64,000 nucleotides of DNA from Phoronis australis. Its lineage: Eukaryota; Animalia; Phoronida. The stretch covers positions 248,001-312,000 of the forward strand of contig NMRA01000190.1 of assembly GCA_002633005.1 (NCBI GenBank), given 5' to 3'. Below are positions 14,052 through 27,600 of this stretch, one piece after another. Position numbers and translations under genes: made by a program. A model generated the notes under the pieces. That model saw nothing but the letters and a program-made list of their open reading frames with translations, made no database searches and had not been told where the DNA came from. Within the stretch, counting starts at the first letter, position 1. Each line of letters starts with the position of its first letter.

Positions 14052-14195
14052 GACATTCCTCTGTTGAGTATGTCAAATATCCTGTACCGTGCTGGTCGTT
14101 ATAATGATGCTATCGTGGTAACCAATATGGCGCTAGAGACCTCACCCAGCATAGTGCTAATTCACATCACCATGGCAAATATTTATGCAGCAAAG
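14052..14195 (+). CDS. TTC17: TTC17 TPR exon (DIPLLSMSNILYRAGRYNDAIVVTNMALETSPSIVLIHITMANIYAAK)
   Basis: ttgcAG/GTgaga, 144 nt, TPR pattern matching D.PL.S..NIL.....NDA. Confidence 0.93.
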
Positions 14196-14506
14196 GTGAG
14201 AGTGCTCTGATTTAACACCTAGTACATGAGTGCTTGTTTAAGTCTGATCTGTGCTATTATGTCGGATTTAGCTACTTGCCTGCTTACCTGAGAACAGCAC
14301 CGACTTAAAATAATAACTGACAATAAATCACATGAAGTTGCCAAACATTTGAGATTTTGTTGATTTTTGGTGGTGGGTTATAGTTAGAAATGGTTGAACA
14401 TCATTTTGGCAAAGTAATATCAGTTGTATGTAACAAGAATATGGCAGAAAATACAAAGTTTTAAATTGCCATGTCCACTAAGCTGGTGTGTGTTTGTGTT
14501 TTTTAG

Positions 14507-14671
14507 GGTGACTGGGAGAGGGCAGCACTGTTCTACGAGTCGACACTGGGCCTGCAAGCTTCCTTTGTTATCGCCAAGGATAAGCTGCGTGTTATCCAGT
14601 GTCATAGCTTGTTCAGTGGGAAGTCCAGGTTAGTGGATGGCCTTATACTGTCCAGCCCTCCCTTAGAGTGA
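14507..14671 (+). CDS. TTC17: TTC17 last coding exon (GDWERAALFYESTLGLQASFVIAKDKLRVIQCH...PLE*)
   Basis: ttttAG acceptor; YESTL.LQ..F..AK....IQCH motif; TGA at 14669-14671. A strong internal donor (AG/gttagt at 14629) could give an alternative end. Confidence 0.85.
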   Translation, partial: GDWERAALFYESTLGLQASFVIAKDKLRVIQCHSLFSGKSRLVDGLILSSPPLE

Positions 14672-16909
14672 CAGGTTCAGGGTGGGGGAGAGGGGGAGTG
14701 TCAGGGTGCAACCTCTTTGAATATTCAGAAGATCTCTAGTCAAAAAGTTAATTCACGATCAACCTGTTAGGCACTTGCAGACACATTGTCTGCCTCAACA
14801 GTTGTCAGGCGTCCATTTTGAACTCCATGTATACTCAGGCAGCCCAAACATCATGACTGTCGCACCTAAAAAGCTGTGCCCAAACTCCCAAACGCGGTTC
14901 ATTAACTGTCCAACATGGTATGCGAACATGGACTCAGTGAGCAGTTTTTGTCATTTTCTTTTGCTTAAGCTGTGATTTTTGAGCACGACACTGTGTTAAC
15001 CGTTGGTGGGCCCTTGAGTAATGTTTTTAAAGCGAGTGCAGCACCCATGTTGTTCTGGTAGCCTGATACTAAGTCGTGACAAATCAGTTGGCATAAAGGA
15101 ATCACTTCACCCGCTAGATGGCCTCAGTCACTGAACATGGTAGTCAGCAGTTGGCTGGAGTGCCTCCTGGTGACTTTTTCCAGTATCATGTAATGAATTT
15201 TATGTTCAGGTGAAAGTGTTAGTTTCAACTTTCACTTTTGCTAGGCATGGAAAGAAATTAATAAAAATTACCGTGAACTTGTGCGATGAGAGTGGGAGAG
15301 CAACACTTTCACATCATGGATGTAACTGATCGTTCAATGCACAATAATTTGCTTAAGCAGTGTAGGCATTTGTACTTAGTAAGAGAAATAACGTGAACGA
15401 CAAGTTTCTTTGAGGTCTGTGCAAACTTAAGGAAAATAAGACTTTACACTATACTCTTTGACTTGAACCTATTGTGAAGCGTACTTAAAAGTTCCAAATT
15501 GCTCAACACAGTTTGAGCATTAATTTCACATTCTTTAGAATTTTTCTCGACTCCATCTGGTGGTGGTGCTAGCAAGAGTAATTGCTCTGTTGGTGGGAAA
15601 TGTGTTTGTCCCATAGTGTAATTGTAAATTTTGCTTAAATCTCTGTCAGGAAACTGTGGACATTGTTTTGAAAATTACTGTTATTAAAGATACTCTGCAA
15701 CTAATTTGGTGTTTGCTATCGCATTGTACATTCCGACTAGTTGTCGCCTAAAGAATGGTGCTTGTTTGTGTCAGCCATGTGTTGATTTTGGACCCTATGT
15801 TGTTTTGTATGTTTTGTTAAAAACACTTAAAAGGTGTTTAAGTTCACTTAATCAATGCAGCTCTAAGTGTCTCATTTAGAGCACTTTTAATTAAGCTTAT
15901 GTTTTTATCTAAAGTTATCATTGCCACCCCTGTTGATATTTTGTTGCTATGGTAGTATTTTGCTCAAAACATATACAGTTGCAAACTCAAACTCGCTGGT
16001 CATGCGTAAAACATCTACAGTGATGGATTGCGTGGACTTCTGTTGTGGCCATTGGGGGGTCACTTCAGATAAGTGCTTATTTCCTGAAAATTATCAATAG
16101 GGTTTGAGGACTTAATATTCCTGTGTAAAAATTGTTTAAAATTTCTGTGGTATTCCTTGTTGTTCTTACAGTTGCATACTCACAGCGTTTACAGAACTTG
16201 CCTGTCCTAACCCTTGTCTAATGATTTTTGCAGTATCCTCAGATTCGTTCATTTCTCTTGTAAAATCTAACTTTGTCTGGCCACTGGAGACCAGTATATT
16301 GGCTAGCACTAGCTACACTGCATTCATACATTCCTTATGTCATATATTCTTTGTCTCTGCCCTCAATTCCACAGACTGGCGTTCAATTGGTGATGTTTCA
16401 GTAACTGTACTGCTTTTGAGCATTTTACCATAAAAGCAGTATTTTGCCCTATTTAGGTGGCCAAAAACAAAAATTGATTTAGCCGTTTTACTCACAAGAA
16501 ATCTGCCTCCTTTTACTCCTGACTGTGATAAGGTGCTTCTTCCCCTCCCTCTGCAGGGAATGTTGGGAGACCGATTTGGTGAGAGAGCAGGCTTAATTAG
16601 AGATGTGTTTTTAGCCAGGCAAATAGTGCGACATACATTTTTATCCATTGCAGTTTTGTGCAATTTTAGTGTGAATTGAACCATTTTTGTTTGTAAGAAA
16701 CTAACAGCATGTTTAGTGTAGTAGTTAGTTTATTCAAGCCTAGTTGAAATATTGTGACTGCTTGTTGTAAAGAAAAAGGATGTAGTTTGGCCAAGTGCAA
16801 GTATGTCTGCATGTATAAGTTGAGTTGTAGCTTTAAACCCCCTAATTGTTTGTCATTCATAAAATGAATGTTGATTTGTTTTTATTTTTGTGATTTTCGA
16901 CCTGGATTG

Positions 16910-16915
16910 AATAAA
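16910..16915 (+). terminator. Likely TTC17 polyadenylation signal AATAAA ending a T-rich 3'UTR-like stretch
   Basis: AATAAA at the end of a T-rich region; composition changes downstream. Confidence 0.45.
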
Positions 16916-17929
16916 TGTTATAATTGTACATTTCACCAGTAGTGCCATGAACTACATGTCTTGACTTTTACTAAGTTTCGAGTCCCAAGCTGAAACACCA
17001 AGAGAATTTGAACATATTTATCAAGGTGACTGTCAAGGTAATCGGTATCTCTCCCTAAAAACTGCGCGGCCGTTCTCGTTGTTTTTTTCTTGCAAACTGT
17101 AACTAGTGAGAAAAGAATACTTGCTGTGAGCGGGGTACTTTTTGTGAACAAAAGCTCATTCCTGCCAATGGTGCCCCTTTCCTAGGAGCAACTGAATGTA
17201 AGAAATGCCGTGTATAAAGATGTGCACTATAAGACAAATATAGCTCGCAAAGATTCTCGAGACGAAATGCGTTAGTGCGAAGGCGCGTGGCATTCTTCCA
17301 GTAGGAAGGCTGGTTGCGTTTTCACTGCGACAAGGTGCACCATATTGAACATTTTAGAATTCTGATTAGCCAGCTCCAACATTTGGAGTATCGAAATCAA
17401 ACAGGAATTTTCCCTTAGCGGCCGCGTAGTCATTTTAAAACAAATAATTGAGGGTCCGTTGACAGACGTAACATTTAAGGTCTGCAATTTCTAGTCGGAG
17501 CATTTCCCTTGTGTGTTTGCATGGCAGATTTATTCGTATGATCAAGAGGCGAATCACATCTTGCACGGTAGATTCCCTTCTCTAACTCTTCGGCCTTTAT
17601 CATTCTTTTTGGTGACTATGCTTTTCTAATATAACGACCTGTACTGGGGATTTTCGAAAGTGTCACTTTCTGGTGTGTACAATACAATTCCGCGTCACAA
17701 TTTCGCATAAGGTACGCAGTGCAATTGGCAGAACAGAGATGTAGAGAGTGGGTTAGGAAATGCTGGGTGTGAGAAAATGTGTTGACCAGCAAAATCTGCT
17801 TGTGATAACGTCTGTGCGCGTGTACGGTTGAAATTTTGGTCTTAGGATCCAACTATTTCTTGAGCAAAAATGCAGTCTCTTGAGAATATGCACAAAACTG
17901 GTTGTTACTGGGATAATTAATGGTTTCTA

Positions 17930-18220
17930 AGACCGAATTCATCACACTGTCTTACTCCGCATACTACATCCCACAACAGAACTTCGCCTCCTCAGCTTTT
18001 TCCCCTCCACTACTCGGCAGTGGAATGAACTGATCTCAGCACCATCTGTAGTGGCAATTAGCAACATTTTGTTCTACAGGCCGATGGCCTCATCCGCTGA
18101 ACTGTTTTATCCTGCGATGTACGGCTCACCTGTTACTGCACGTTGTCTTTCAAAGCCACCAACCCTTTTCCCTCAGTGCGTTAACATGTTGGAGTTTGAT
18201 GTATCGGAAGAAGAGAAATT
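17930..18220 (+). mobile_element. CR1/L2-type LINE 3' end fragment
   Basis: Translates to SFFPSTTRQWNEL, resembling the SFFPRTIR.WN.L ORF2 C-terminus; gaagaag-type tail. Confidence 0.55.
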
Positions 18221-18516
18221 TATGTCGCACGTCTTGTAGAAGTCATTTGAGAGCCCTACTGCCGGAGCTAAACCTCATTCAGATATTTAAGAGTATTTAA
18301 CTAGTAAATTATAAAGTCACCGGTCTCAATTTCAGCGAATGTCCGACAGACAACGGCGAGTACTCGGCCGGAGCTTTGTCAGTATATAATCACATTCTAG
18401 TAACTTTAATCGGTCTCTCCCACCCAACTCTAATCCTCAAAATGATTTTTGCTGCCGTAAAATGAATTATGTCCCTTATAAAGTGACGTCAGAGAAAAAC
18501 TGTTTCTTTTAGATCA

Positions 18517-18585
18517 GACCGAATGCAGATTCAAACTCACGACCTCAGCGGTCGCAGTCCAACACATTACCGATGGAGCTTCATA
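18517..18585 (-). mobile_element. Degenerate tRNA-derived SINE head
   Basis: A-box-like agctccatcggt and B-box-like gagtttgaatc on the - strand; no intact cloverleaf. Confidence 0.4.
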
Positions 18586-19472
18586 TAAACCCTTTTAATG
18601 CGCTCCCATCGGTCTTTGAAGGGTTCATTACGCAAAACAATCTCACTTTCCCTAAATCACAATCCCAAACAGAAATAAACTTGGAAGTTGGTGTTATTAA
18701 TAAAGAAGAGTCTTGCGTACTTTGATATCGTGCGACTTGGTATCAACATACCACCCGAACGTCGCATCTCAAAGTGTTTAAAGGGGCTTTATCATTTTTA
18801 AACAGACGGGGGGTTATTGTTGGTTGGGATAAACTATGACTAAAAGCTTTGACCAGAGCTATAAACCGAACTCAGTAGTTTTTACGATTCTGTTGCACCT
18901 AAAGGCGGTTGTCGGCCTGATATTCGTTGAAGTCAAGACTGGTGACTTTTCCAGATAAATGCGCTTATATTTCTGCCATTGATCAAGCCATAGTTTACTC
19001 AAACAGCTGTGTTCGAGTGAGACTAAGAGGGTTCCACGATCTACTTTGTGCTGGGGCTGATCTCAGATTTTAGCAGATCAATTTGAAAGGTTTCTTTGAC
19101 AACTAGGCATTAAGTATTGATTAAATTATTGCTTTGGCCAATCTGATTTCTTGTGTTGGGTGTGAGTGCGGCAGATTGGCTTGCGTTAAAGTGGACAAAT
19201 TACGCCTCATATAAATTTTCAAAAGTAAAAATCAATTCTCCAGTTCAAAATTTTTGGTCTTTCATCTTTCTACGCACATAATAGGCCTGTGTTTGGCAAC
19301 TGAATGACTTTTATCGAAAAAAGAATTGACAATATAAAGCATATTTCAGATTCTCTTGGTTATTTTAATATAATGCAGAAATATAATAAACTAATTTACT
19401 GTATTATAGAGTATTATATAATTGCAATATAATATGATGCATATTTGACGTGAGTATACATTATAGTTAGAG

Positions 19473-19724
19473 CAGCAGCGTGCAGGGCTTTGGTGATACC
19501 CGGGCGATTTTGATTGGAGGCCCCTCTCTCTACTCAGATGTACAGACCAGAATACTTAGAAAAGGTGAAACAGAAAATAGAAACTTCATTCAATTTAACC
19601 ACAAATCAGTCTAAATTTTCAAAAGCCGGGTTTAAGCATAGTGATCAGCGGATGATGTCCCCCATGTGGATGTCCGCGCCCATCGCCCCCANNNNNNACC
19701 CCCCCCCCCTTCTGCACGCTACTG
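19473..19724. mobile_element. hAT-like MITE spanning an N gap
   Basis: TIRs cagcagcgtgcag / ctgcacgctactg; similar 8-bp flanks. Confidence 0.5.
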
Positions 19725-19754
19725 AGTAATAGACACTGCCAGAGACCTGTGAAA

Positions 19755-19760
19755 TTTATT
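19755..19760 (-). terminator. Probable polyadenylation signal of the C3-like gene
   Basis: AATAAA on the - strand about 115 nt after the stop. Confidence 0.5.
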
Positions 19761-19873
19761 CTTGCTCAGAAACGTTCCATTCAAATGTATTTTCTTGTAG
19801 TGCATTTACTTAATAAAGCTAAAATTGTATGGTTTTCTGCTAACTCATGCAACCATGTTTAACATAGGGGCTC

Positions 19874-19997
19874 CTAAGTACATCCTTTTTTAATCAGAAA
19901 GTCTAGTCTGGCTGCAAAACGGCGCCCTTTCCTGCTAACAACACGTGATGTGGGCCACTCTAAGATGTAACTTTCACCGGTGTCGGTAAGCATTGTT
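19874..19997 (-). CDS. C345C domain 2, terminal exon (TMLTDTGESYILEWP...RLDFLIKKGCT*)
   Basis: cAG phase-2 acceptor, EWP motif, C-terminal GC typical of C3/C4/C5; TAG at 19876-19874. Confidence 0.88.
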
Positions 19998-22900
19998 CTG
20001 TAATAGCAAGCGCAGTTGTATGATAAGTACTGATTTCACAGTACGTGGTATAAATTGACACTAGTAAACTTAAAGAGATAATAATCAGAATAAATCCCTG
20101 ACACAGACAAGACGATAACGGACCTAAAACACAGTTAAAGACAAACAAAATGTAGGTTTACATAAACAGAAGTTTAACTTGGTACAAATAAATTAGAAAT
20201 TACTTAACGGCAGCACTACAGCTGCAATGTATGTAACTTCTCTTGCAAAACGCAAGTTGTTTAAAAATAGGCCTATATCGAGTGCCCCAGAAAACGTCTC
20301 GCTTTTTGACTTGCACTTTCTCAACGATTAATAACCGATAATCGTGAAATTTTCAAACAGTGAACAACTTCAATACATTAACCAGCCACAGAGGAAAAAT
20401 CACAGCGGTTTATTTGACATTACCAAGCTAAGTAGTGTCAACTTCAGCAATTGACACTGGTAGACTCTACTGACTCCCGCTATTAGCCTGCATCAATCTA
20501 TGCCAATAACGATACAATTGTCATAGGTTTTAGATGACATTCGAGGTCAAAACAAAAATATCAAAAATAGAAAAAATTTATTTGTTTCTCGAACCAAGGT
20601 GGATTGAAAGTTCACTGAAAACAAACTGAGTACCTCGGTTGAAATGAAGATCATATTTCGGGACTAAGGAATAATAAAACGTATGGCGGAATAGGATATA
20701 CACGTAACCAGTTTTTGTTTCATGGAAACACTGATTAGAATAGAATTTCAGAAAAACATTTAGCGATGAAGAAAAGATTGAATATAGGGTCTTGATGCAG
20801 ACAGAAGAGTGACCACGCAGAGCGTAAACTGAAATGATTATATTGTAACTATGTCTGTGTACAGACTATTCTAAATGATTATATTGTAGCTATGTCTGTG
20901 TACAGACTATTCTAAATGATTATATTGTAACTATGTCTGTGTACAGACTATTCTAAAAGTTGCTTTTTCCACATTTTCCATCCATTTGAACAATATTTCT
21001 AGTATCTGAGGAAAGTAGAGTATAACTATCTTGTGCCAGCTTAATGGTTTCTAGACAACTAACCATAGGGATATTGAAAGTCCAAAAGCTGGACCTTACA
21101 TAAGGACACTTGATATGTCCCGCGAACATTTTGTGCTAAACACGGGAAGCAGGACGCCTTGTGTACTGGTGCTGCTTTGACCGAGCATTTGATATAAAGT
21201 TAAAGATTTGACAAAACTGATACATACAATGTACGATGAGTAGCAAATATATGTAGTGGCAATGTCTGGTGAATTCGAAAAATTGTATCGCTTTAATGTA
21301 AAACAGTGTAATAAGACGGTCCCGGATAAAAAGCTCCTTTGTCCTAGAGGTAAAAAATGCGATGTTACATTGGTTTCGTTTTAAAAATGTCAGGCCGATT
21401 CTAGAAATCATGTAGGAACATCTCGTAATCAATTATACTTTCGAGTTCGATCCAGCTTCCCCCGTCGGAGTTGCAGTCCACAGACACAGCAGTGAAACTT
21501 CGCTAGCATTGGAAGGTCGAATACAGTTAATGCAGACGAGAAAGGGTTGAAAAAATAACATGAAAAAATCCAAAACGAGACTAAAGAACTGCTTTACAGA
21601 TGGTGCAGTATTGTGGGTAAATACCGCGAAATTCAAGTGGCGCTGTGTAATCCAGGACCGTCCTACTGGAAGTGGTCTCACTTTTGCACTAAGTCGTTAA
21701 GCACAACGTCATGTTTTAAGATGAATTTTTAGATAAATGAGCAAGATTAAGATATCACATACCTGTCCGACCCATCAGAATCTTTCCAATATAAGATATT
21801 AAATCCTGTGACAAGGTAAGTCTTGTTGACTTGAAGTAACGTACCGCACGGGCACGTGCAATGCCTCCACAACCACAAGTGCAACACGGAGCCAACAGGA
21901 AAGGCATCGGCGCCTGAAACGATATCTCACATGAGACCAAACCCGCTTAAAGGTTATTAAAAGCGCAGTTGTTACTGAAAGAAAAATTTTGTGGTCTGAT
22001 ATTGTGCCCTCTTTTGGCTTCTAATATCTTCAACTCATAGTCATAGCACCCCAAAACTGCAATGATCTCTCCATAAGCAACCTCGCTAAAATGTATTCAC
22101 ACTGACGAAAAACGTCAATAGGTTACAAGGTTGTTAGGGAGGTTTTCCTTTCAGACTGGCATCATGCAGGAATTCTGCACAGTTATTGCTATATTTCATA
22201 CCGCGTTTTAACATCAACTTGAGACGACCTTCTGCCACATGATAGCCATTGCCCGTGGTGATGTTGACGATTTCCACTTTGAACGCTGAAATAAAATGGG
22301 AATACGAAGCTTTTAAGAGATTCACTGAACATCACAATGTAGAAATAACATTAATGTGTTCAAAAGGATTTGAACAACATAACGAAACATGGACGTTATA
22401 CAATCTTGGGAACTCAAGGGACTAATATGCACTGTACCCAATTTTACATGTATCATAGACTTGAGCACACGTAGGCTAGTACACTAAAAGAGTGACGTAA
22501 GAACAAAAGACAAGAGCTTAATATAATGTTTCGTAATTGGGGAAATGAAAATACATTTTTGGTTTATAAATATGTAAATCTTGGTTTCATATGACAACCA
22601 ACTTACCCGTGTCCGCCACGTCACATACAAACTTCAGTAATCCTCTTTTATTTGGCAGACGTAACTCGTTTTTGCCGATGCGTCCACATTTCTTTTCTTT
22701 ATCAATGGTGAAGCAGTTCGGACATTGACCTACAGAAACAAGCATTCCCATGCCCAAGTCAATAAAACAACGAACGAATGTGAAGTTGCCTTTTTCACGA
22801 TGTGGAAACGAAATTTGTTCTGAATTGTTTCAAAAAGATTTAAAATGACCAGTGCACCCGTTTAAGGAGGCCTGTTATGCGATAAACAAACTAAATTACA

Positions 22901-24594
22901 ATATTGAAATTGGTTTTCTGACACCGATACCTAATTCAAACTGCTCATCAGGTATTTTCAGGATTTGTTCGTTAAGATTTTCAATTCCTATTTATATCAA
23001 AACATTTGATTTTAGTTCGATATTTCAAGAAAACGATCTGTCAACTGCTCGCCACTTCGTGGATTTTTCTACCTCAAAGCAAAGCAAGTCTCATTTGGTA
23101 TGGCAAGACAGAGATGTAGTACATTTTTCCCCTTGTTTCGAAAATGTGACCGTGGCAAGCGACTTCAAGCTACTGACTGTGAGCGCATGTGCGCATTTAT
23201 CATAAGTGGAAAGAAATTAGAAACTCTGTGGTAACCACAGAGTTTTTCCTTCCTGCGTATTTCAAAAATCGTGAATTTTGTGATTTTTTTCTGGAAATTT
23301 CCTTACAGGGGAAAGTGAATTCTTCAACAAGACCTTGCGAGATGATACTTTCGCTAGGAATTGCTTAAAAGATATTTTTGACGAGCTTTCGCATTCCACG
23401 CCTCTTTGAAAAATAATGGCCAAATGGAATAATTAAATTGGGTCCGCTGGTTCGTGCGGTCTATTAGAGCCAGAGCAGACAGCGGGCTGTTTGCCTCATG
23501 TGAATCACACTTGAGCTGACACCTTAGGTCGCGGTATGAAAACACGGCCAATATTCAATAACATTGTCGCAAATTCATTCATCGTCATTCCTTGACGTGT
23601 TTGGTGAGCTCAGCTAACTTTCATTTCATGCGGCAGCCAGCTCACCGCATAGGTCTGCGTCTGCGGTGACCGTATGCGAGATACGAAGCAAGGTACGTGA
23701 TTATTTGCCCACTTCTTTTGATGTCACGGTGCTAACCTGATACTGCACGGCGGAAATCCGTCTGAGGTGTGTAAGTTCTGGACTGGTTTTCCACGTGCAA
23801 GACTACATACCTAGAATAAGGTTAGGTAACACCATGTTTGTCCCAATTACTCAGCTCATTTGGGATACCTTGTAAGTAGTCGGTCACTTTCCAGGACGCC
23901 AGCACGCTTTCTGGTAAAAATTCCAGTGAAACAGACTTTTACCTTGTGTATAAAGACTTACAAAATGGGAAAAATGTGAATAGAAATCACCATGATACCG
24001 CTAAGCCAAATTTTACATTATACTTCGAGTTCGATGAATAAATTCCGCTGAGGGCTTCGTAATCAGCATATACGTTAAACGACCACTAGCATCCCCAAAA
24101 AAGGCACGTGACATAGTCGAATGTTCAAAATTCGTGGTTCTTGCCATAATATCAAGATAAGTTTCGAATGTGCTGAGGAGAGATACACTGCATGATTAGT
24201 TGTTACCTGATCTCGTACTGCACGTAACTTTGCTCTTTCTACTCTGCATCGCCGGCCACTCCACAACATGGTTCTCATTGGTGACAGCAAACACAGCTCT
24301 AAAACGGAAGTCGAATCAGTTTACTTTTTGTTCATGTTATTCCACCACACAATTAACATAATAATAATAATAGTAATAATAATAAAATAATGATAACAGT
24401 AATAGTAATAATAATGATAATAATAATAATGATAATAATAATAATGATGATAATAATGATAATAATGATGATAATGATAATAATGATAATAATAATGATG
24501 ATAATGATAATAATGATAATAATAATGATGATAATAATAATAATGATAATAATAATGATAATAATAATGATGATGATAATGATAATAATGATAC

Positions 24595-24636
<42 letters not shown>

Positions 24637-27600
24637 TAATAATATCGAAATTTGAAGGACTGATTTCAATGCCCAATCTCACCACAACAATGCCTGTAAC
24701 AGCATTGCTTTAGTTCGATGATATTTTTAATGATGAATGTTCAGTAAAAATCCATAATGTTATACCTTTCCAGTCCATCGGCATCTTTAGGGTATATTCC
24801 ATCAGGCCCAGTAACAAGGTAAGTTTTGTTGACTTCAAAAACCTTCCAGGTGTAATATGAGCAAGACGATTGTACCAAAAAATGTAGCACCGAATTCACG
24901 CAAACGAACGTGGATCCTGAAAAGCAGTAGTTCGACATGCAACTGGAATATGCATGTGCTTAATTGGTCACCTGACATTCCGTTAGGAAATTAGTTACCT
25001 AGCCAACGGAGTTGTGGGCTATTTGATTGGTGGTGTTTATTTGTCGTTTATTTCACGGTCACAACCTTCAATGTACCCTTCCAGTGCCCGAATGCTAAAA
25101 TTAATACTATTGACATTTCGTCTATTGCCAATTCAAGTTAAACTGCCACCTAACCTAAGACAAATTAAATGAAGGCCACTAAGTGCCATAAAGTTGACCC
25201 CAAGGTTTTATACACTCATATTATAAGTGATCGATTCTGGGGTAGGGAAGAACTGGCAGTTCGCTGTTGTTTTATGAAAAGCTCAAAATGTTGGTTAAAC
25301 CCGGCTGGTCACCTTATGTTCCCAAAATAGTTTCACACAATTAGAAATGCTCGTTTGATTAAATTGGCTCAATCAACAACCTCTGTAGAAGTCTTTGATA
25401 ACAACATATTAACATAAGAATAAGAAGGAAACAGTTAGAAGTCTCCTCTGTCTTGGAGGTAGGAAAATGTTGTTATATTAACTTTGTTGGACTGATCCTA
25501 GACTGAATTCACGTCGGAAAATATCGCATCTACGGATACTCCTAAAAATTATCAAACTTTCAGCTGCCGCAGTTGTAGCCCATGGCACAGAAGTAACACT
25601 TTGTTGGTATTGGAATGCTGATTACAGTTACGGAATAACTTGAAAAAGCAAGGCACTAAAGAAAACGTGAGAATTTCCGGTGGCCCGAAAATGAAGATGT
25701 TGCAGCATTGTGGGTAAACGCTGCGACATTCGAAAGTCGCTGAGTAGTCGGGGACCGTCCTACTGTATCAGTATAAAACTACTCTAGAAACTTAAACAGA
25801 GTGTCAAGGCTATAGTTTCGCTTTCGTAACATACATACCGTGTTTTAAAGTAGACACAAGCCGCCCTTCTGCAACGTCATAGCTCGCTCGTGCAGTTATG
25901 TTAATAATTTGCACTACGTAAGCTGAAAAAACGCGATAAAACAACGTTAAGCAGGAAATGACACTCAGGAAAAGAGGCAATCCTTATCTCAAAGTGAACG
26001 CACGTTTCAGAACCTGAACGAAAATTTCAACATGCAAGTCTTTCGGCAGGAGTATTTTTAATGTTTACTAAGTTCCAGGGACTAGCGAAGTCTGCATACA
26101 TTTATGAATACATACAGAGACGACTTCACGAAAATACAATAGTAGGCGTTTTCTGGCAATTTTGGTTGATCAAAATTTGTTATCAAAGATTATTTGAATT
26201 CATATCAATCATATGAATTCAAACGAATGGTACTGCACGATATAAATGGTCGATAAGAATTCGACTCAACAGGACAAACATCAATAAGTAGGAAAAATAA
26301 TTAAAGATCTAGACGGATTATATCTGTGGCAAAAAGTGGCTCAGTTATGAACAGGGAAGATGGTGGGTATAAGTTATATAAAATTTGGAACAGCCTCATA
26401 ACCACGCCACCTAGTGTCCAATAACTTCGGAAAATGGCTGCTGAGAGGAGCCGAAACTATCAAGGAACTAATGCTTTTCTGGTTGTGAAAATAAGAAACA
26501 ACCAATTTGAGTTGAAAATTTGCCGTGCGGCGACGTCGGATTCCAGAATGCGATATGGGTCGCCGGATTCTGCCGCGCTATTGGCAAAAAGTGATCCGGT
26601 ACAGCCGTCCAGCTTGGCTGTTCAGAAATCAAGGAAAATGTCGTTTTCAGAGGCAAATTCTCTCTGTACAGAAGGAGGAACCCCCTCCTGACCTTCTCCC
26701 CCCCCCCCATTCGGCGTTCGTGCCTCTACAATCGTGCTTTGCGCGACTGTCTACGAGACAAAATGTTGCCCCGTCCCCCCATATAATGCCCTCAATCCGC
26801 CACTGCATTTTAATGCCTACAAGGTTGCGTTCCTCAAAGTTAGTCACCTGTGATACATTTAAGGAGAGAATTTGACAGAAATCGTGAGTTTACGAACATT
26901 TTTCTCATAATTCAGCATTCCAGTGCCACCGATTAATCACTTCCGTGGTCACTATTTTGCATGAAAAAACCGCTGAAAATTGGTGTTACGGAACGCAATC
27001 AAGGCGAACTGTATTTTCTTTCCTCATATACCGATTAACGACTTGCGCTTCTTGAAAATCGTTGAATATTAGCTGAAAGCATTTGACCGTGAGTGCAGGA
27101 AAACCATGCAGGTGTGTAAGCCCATTTTCTAGGTATACAGCGAGGAAGCTTAAGAGAGGTAATGGACCCTTAAAACTTACCCACTTCTGCCATATCACAG
27201 ATATGGAGAATGAATTCCAATTCATTTAGCAGTCCTGGTTGTGTCTCGCGTGTGCATTCCGTCCTTTTCGTCAATTTACAAAAGTGGGGACATTTTTCTG
27301 CAGGTATAACAAGAGCAACGTAGAGCGTTGAAATGTGCCCACGAATGCACCGCAAAAGGTATGCTTCTAGAGTTATTAATTAGTATCATGAAAATAGCCA
27401 CTATACGGCACAGAATATTTTGAACCAATCTGAAAATGGGAAGGCGTCGCCGTCTCTGAAAGTCATTTGCCAAATGTGTCAACGCTAAAAAAATGTAGCT
27501 AGGGAGCACCACAGTGCCGGTTGGACCTGTCAGAAAATTCACGTCAGTAGAAGCACATCTGCCAATTTTCATAATGACCCTCTGCGCGCTTTGGCAGATA

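Noticed and set aside
18517-18585. tRNA gene
   Set aside because: T-loop and stems are degenerate; better explained as a SINE head
21136-21343. ORF as the terminal exon of the C3-like gene
   Set aside because: Lacks the EWP and GC motifs; 19874-19997 fits far better
23869-23910. Small phase 1-1 exon candidate (SVLASWKVTDYLQ) between the C345C cassettes
   Set aside because: Weak donor, not needed for frame, and no clear homology
24337-24713. Poly-Ile/Leu membrane-like ORFs
   Set aside because: Translation of an (ATA/ATG)n microsatellite
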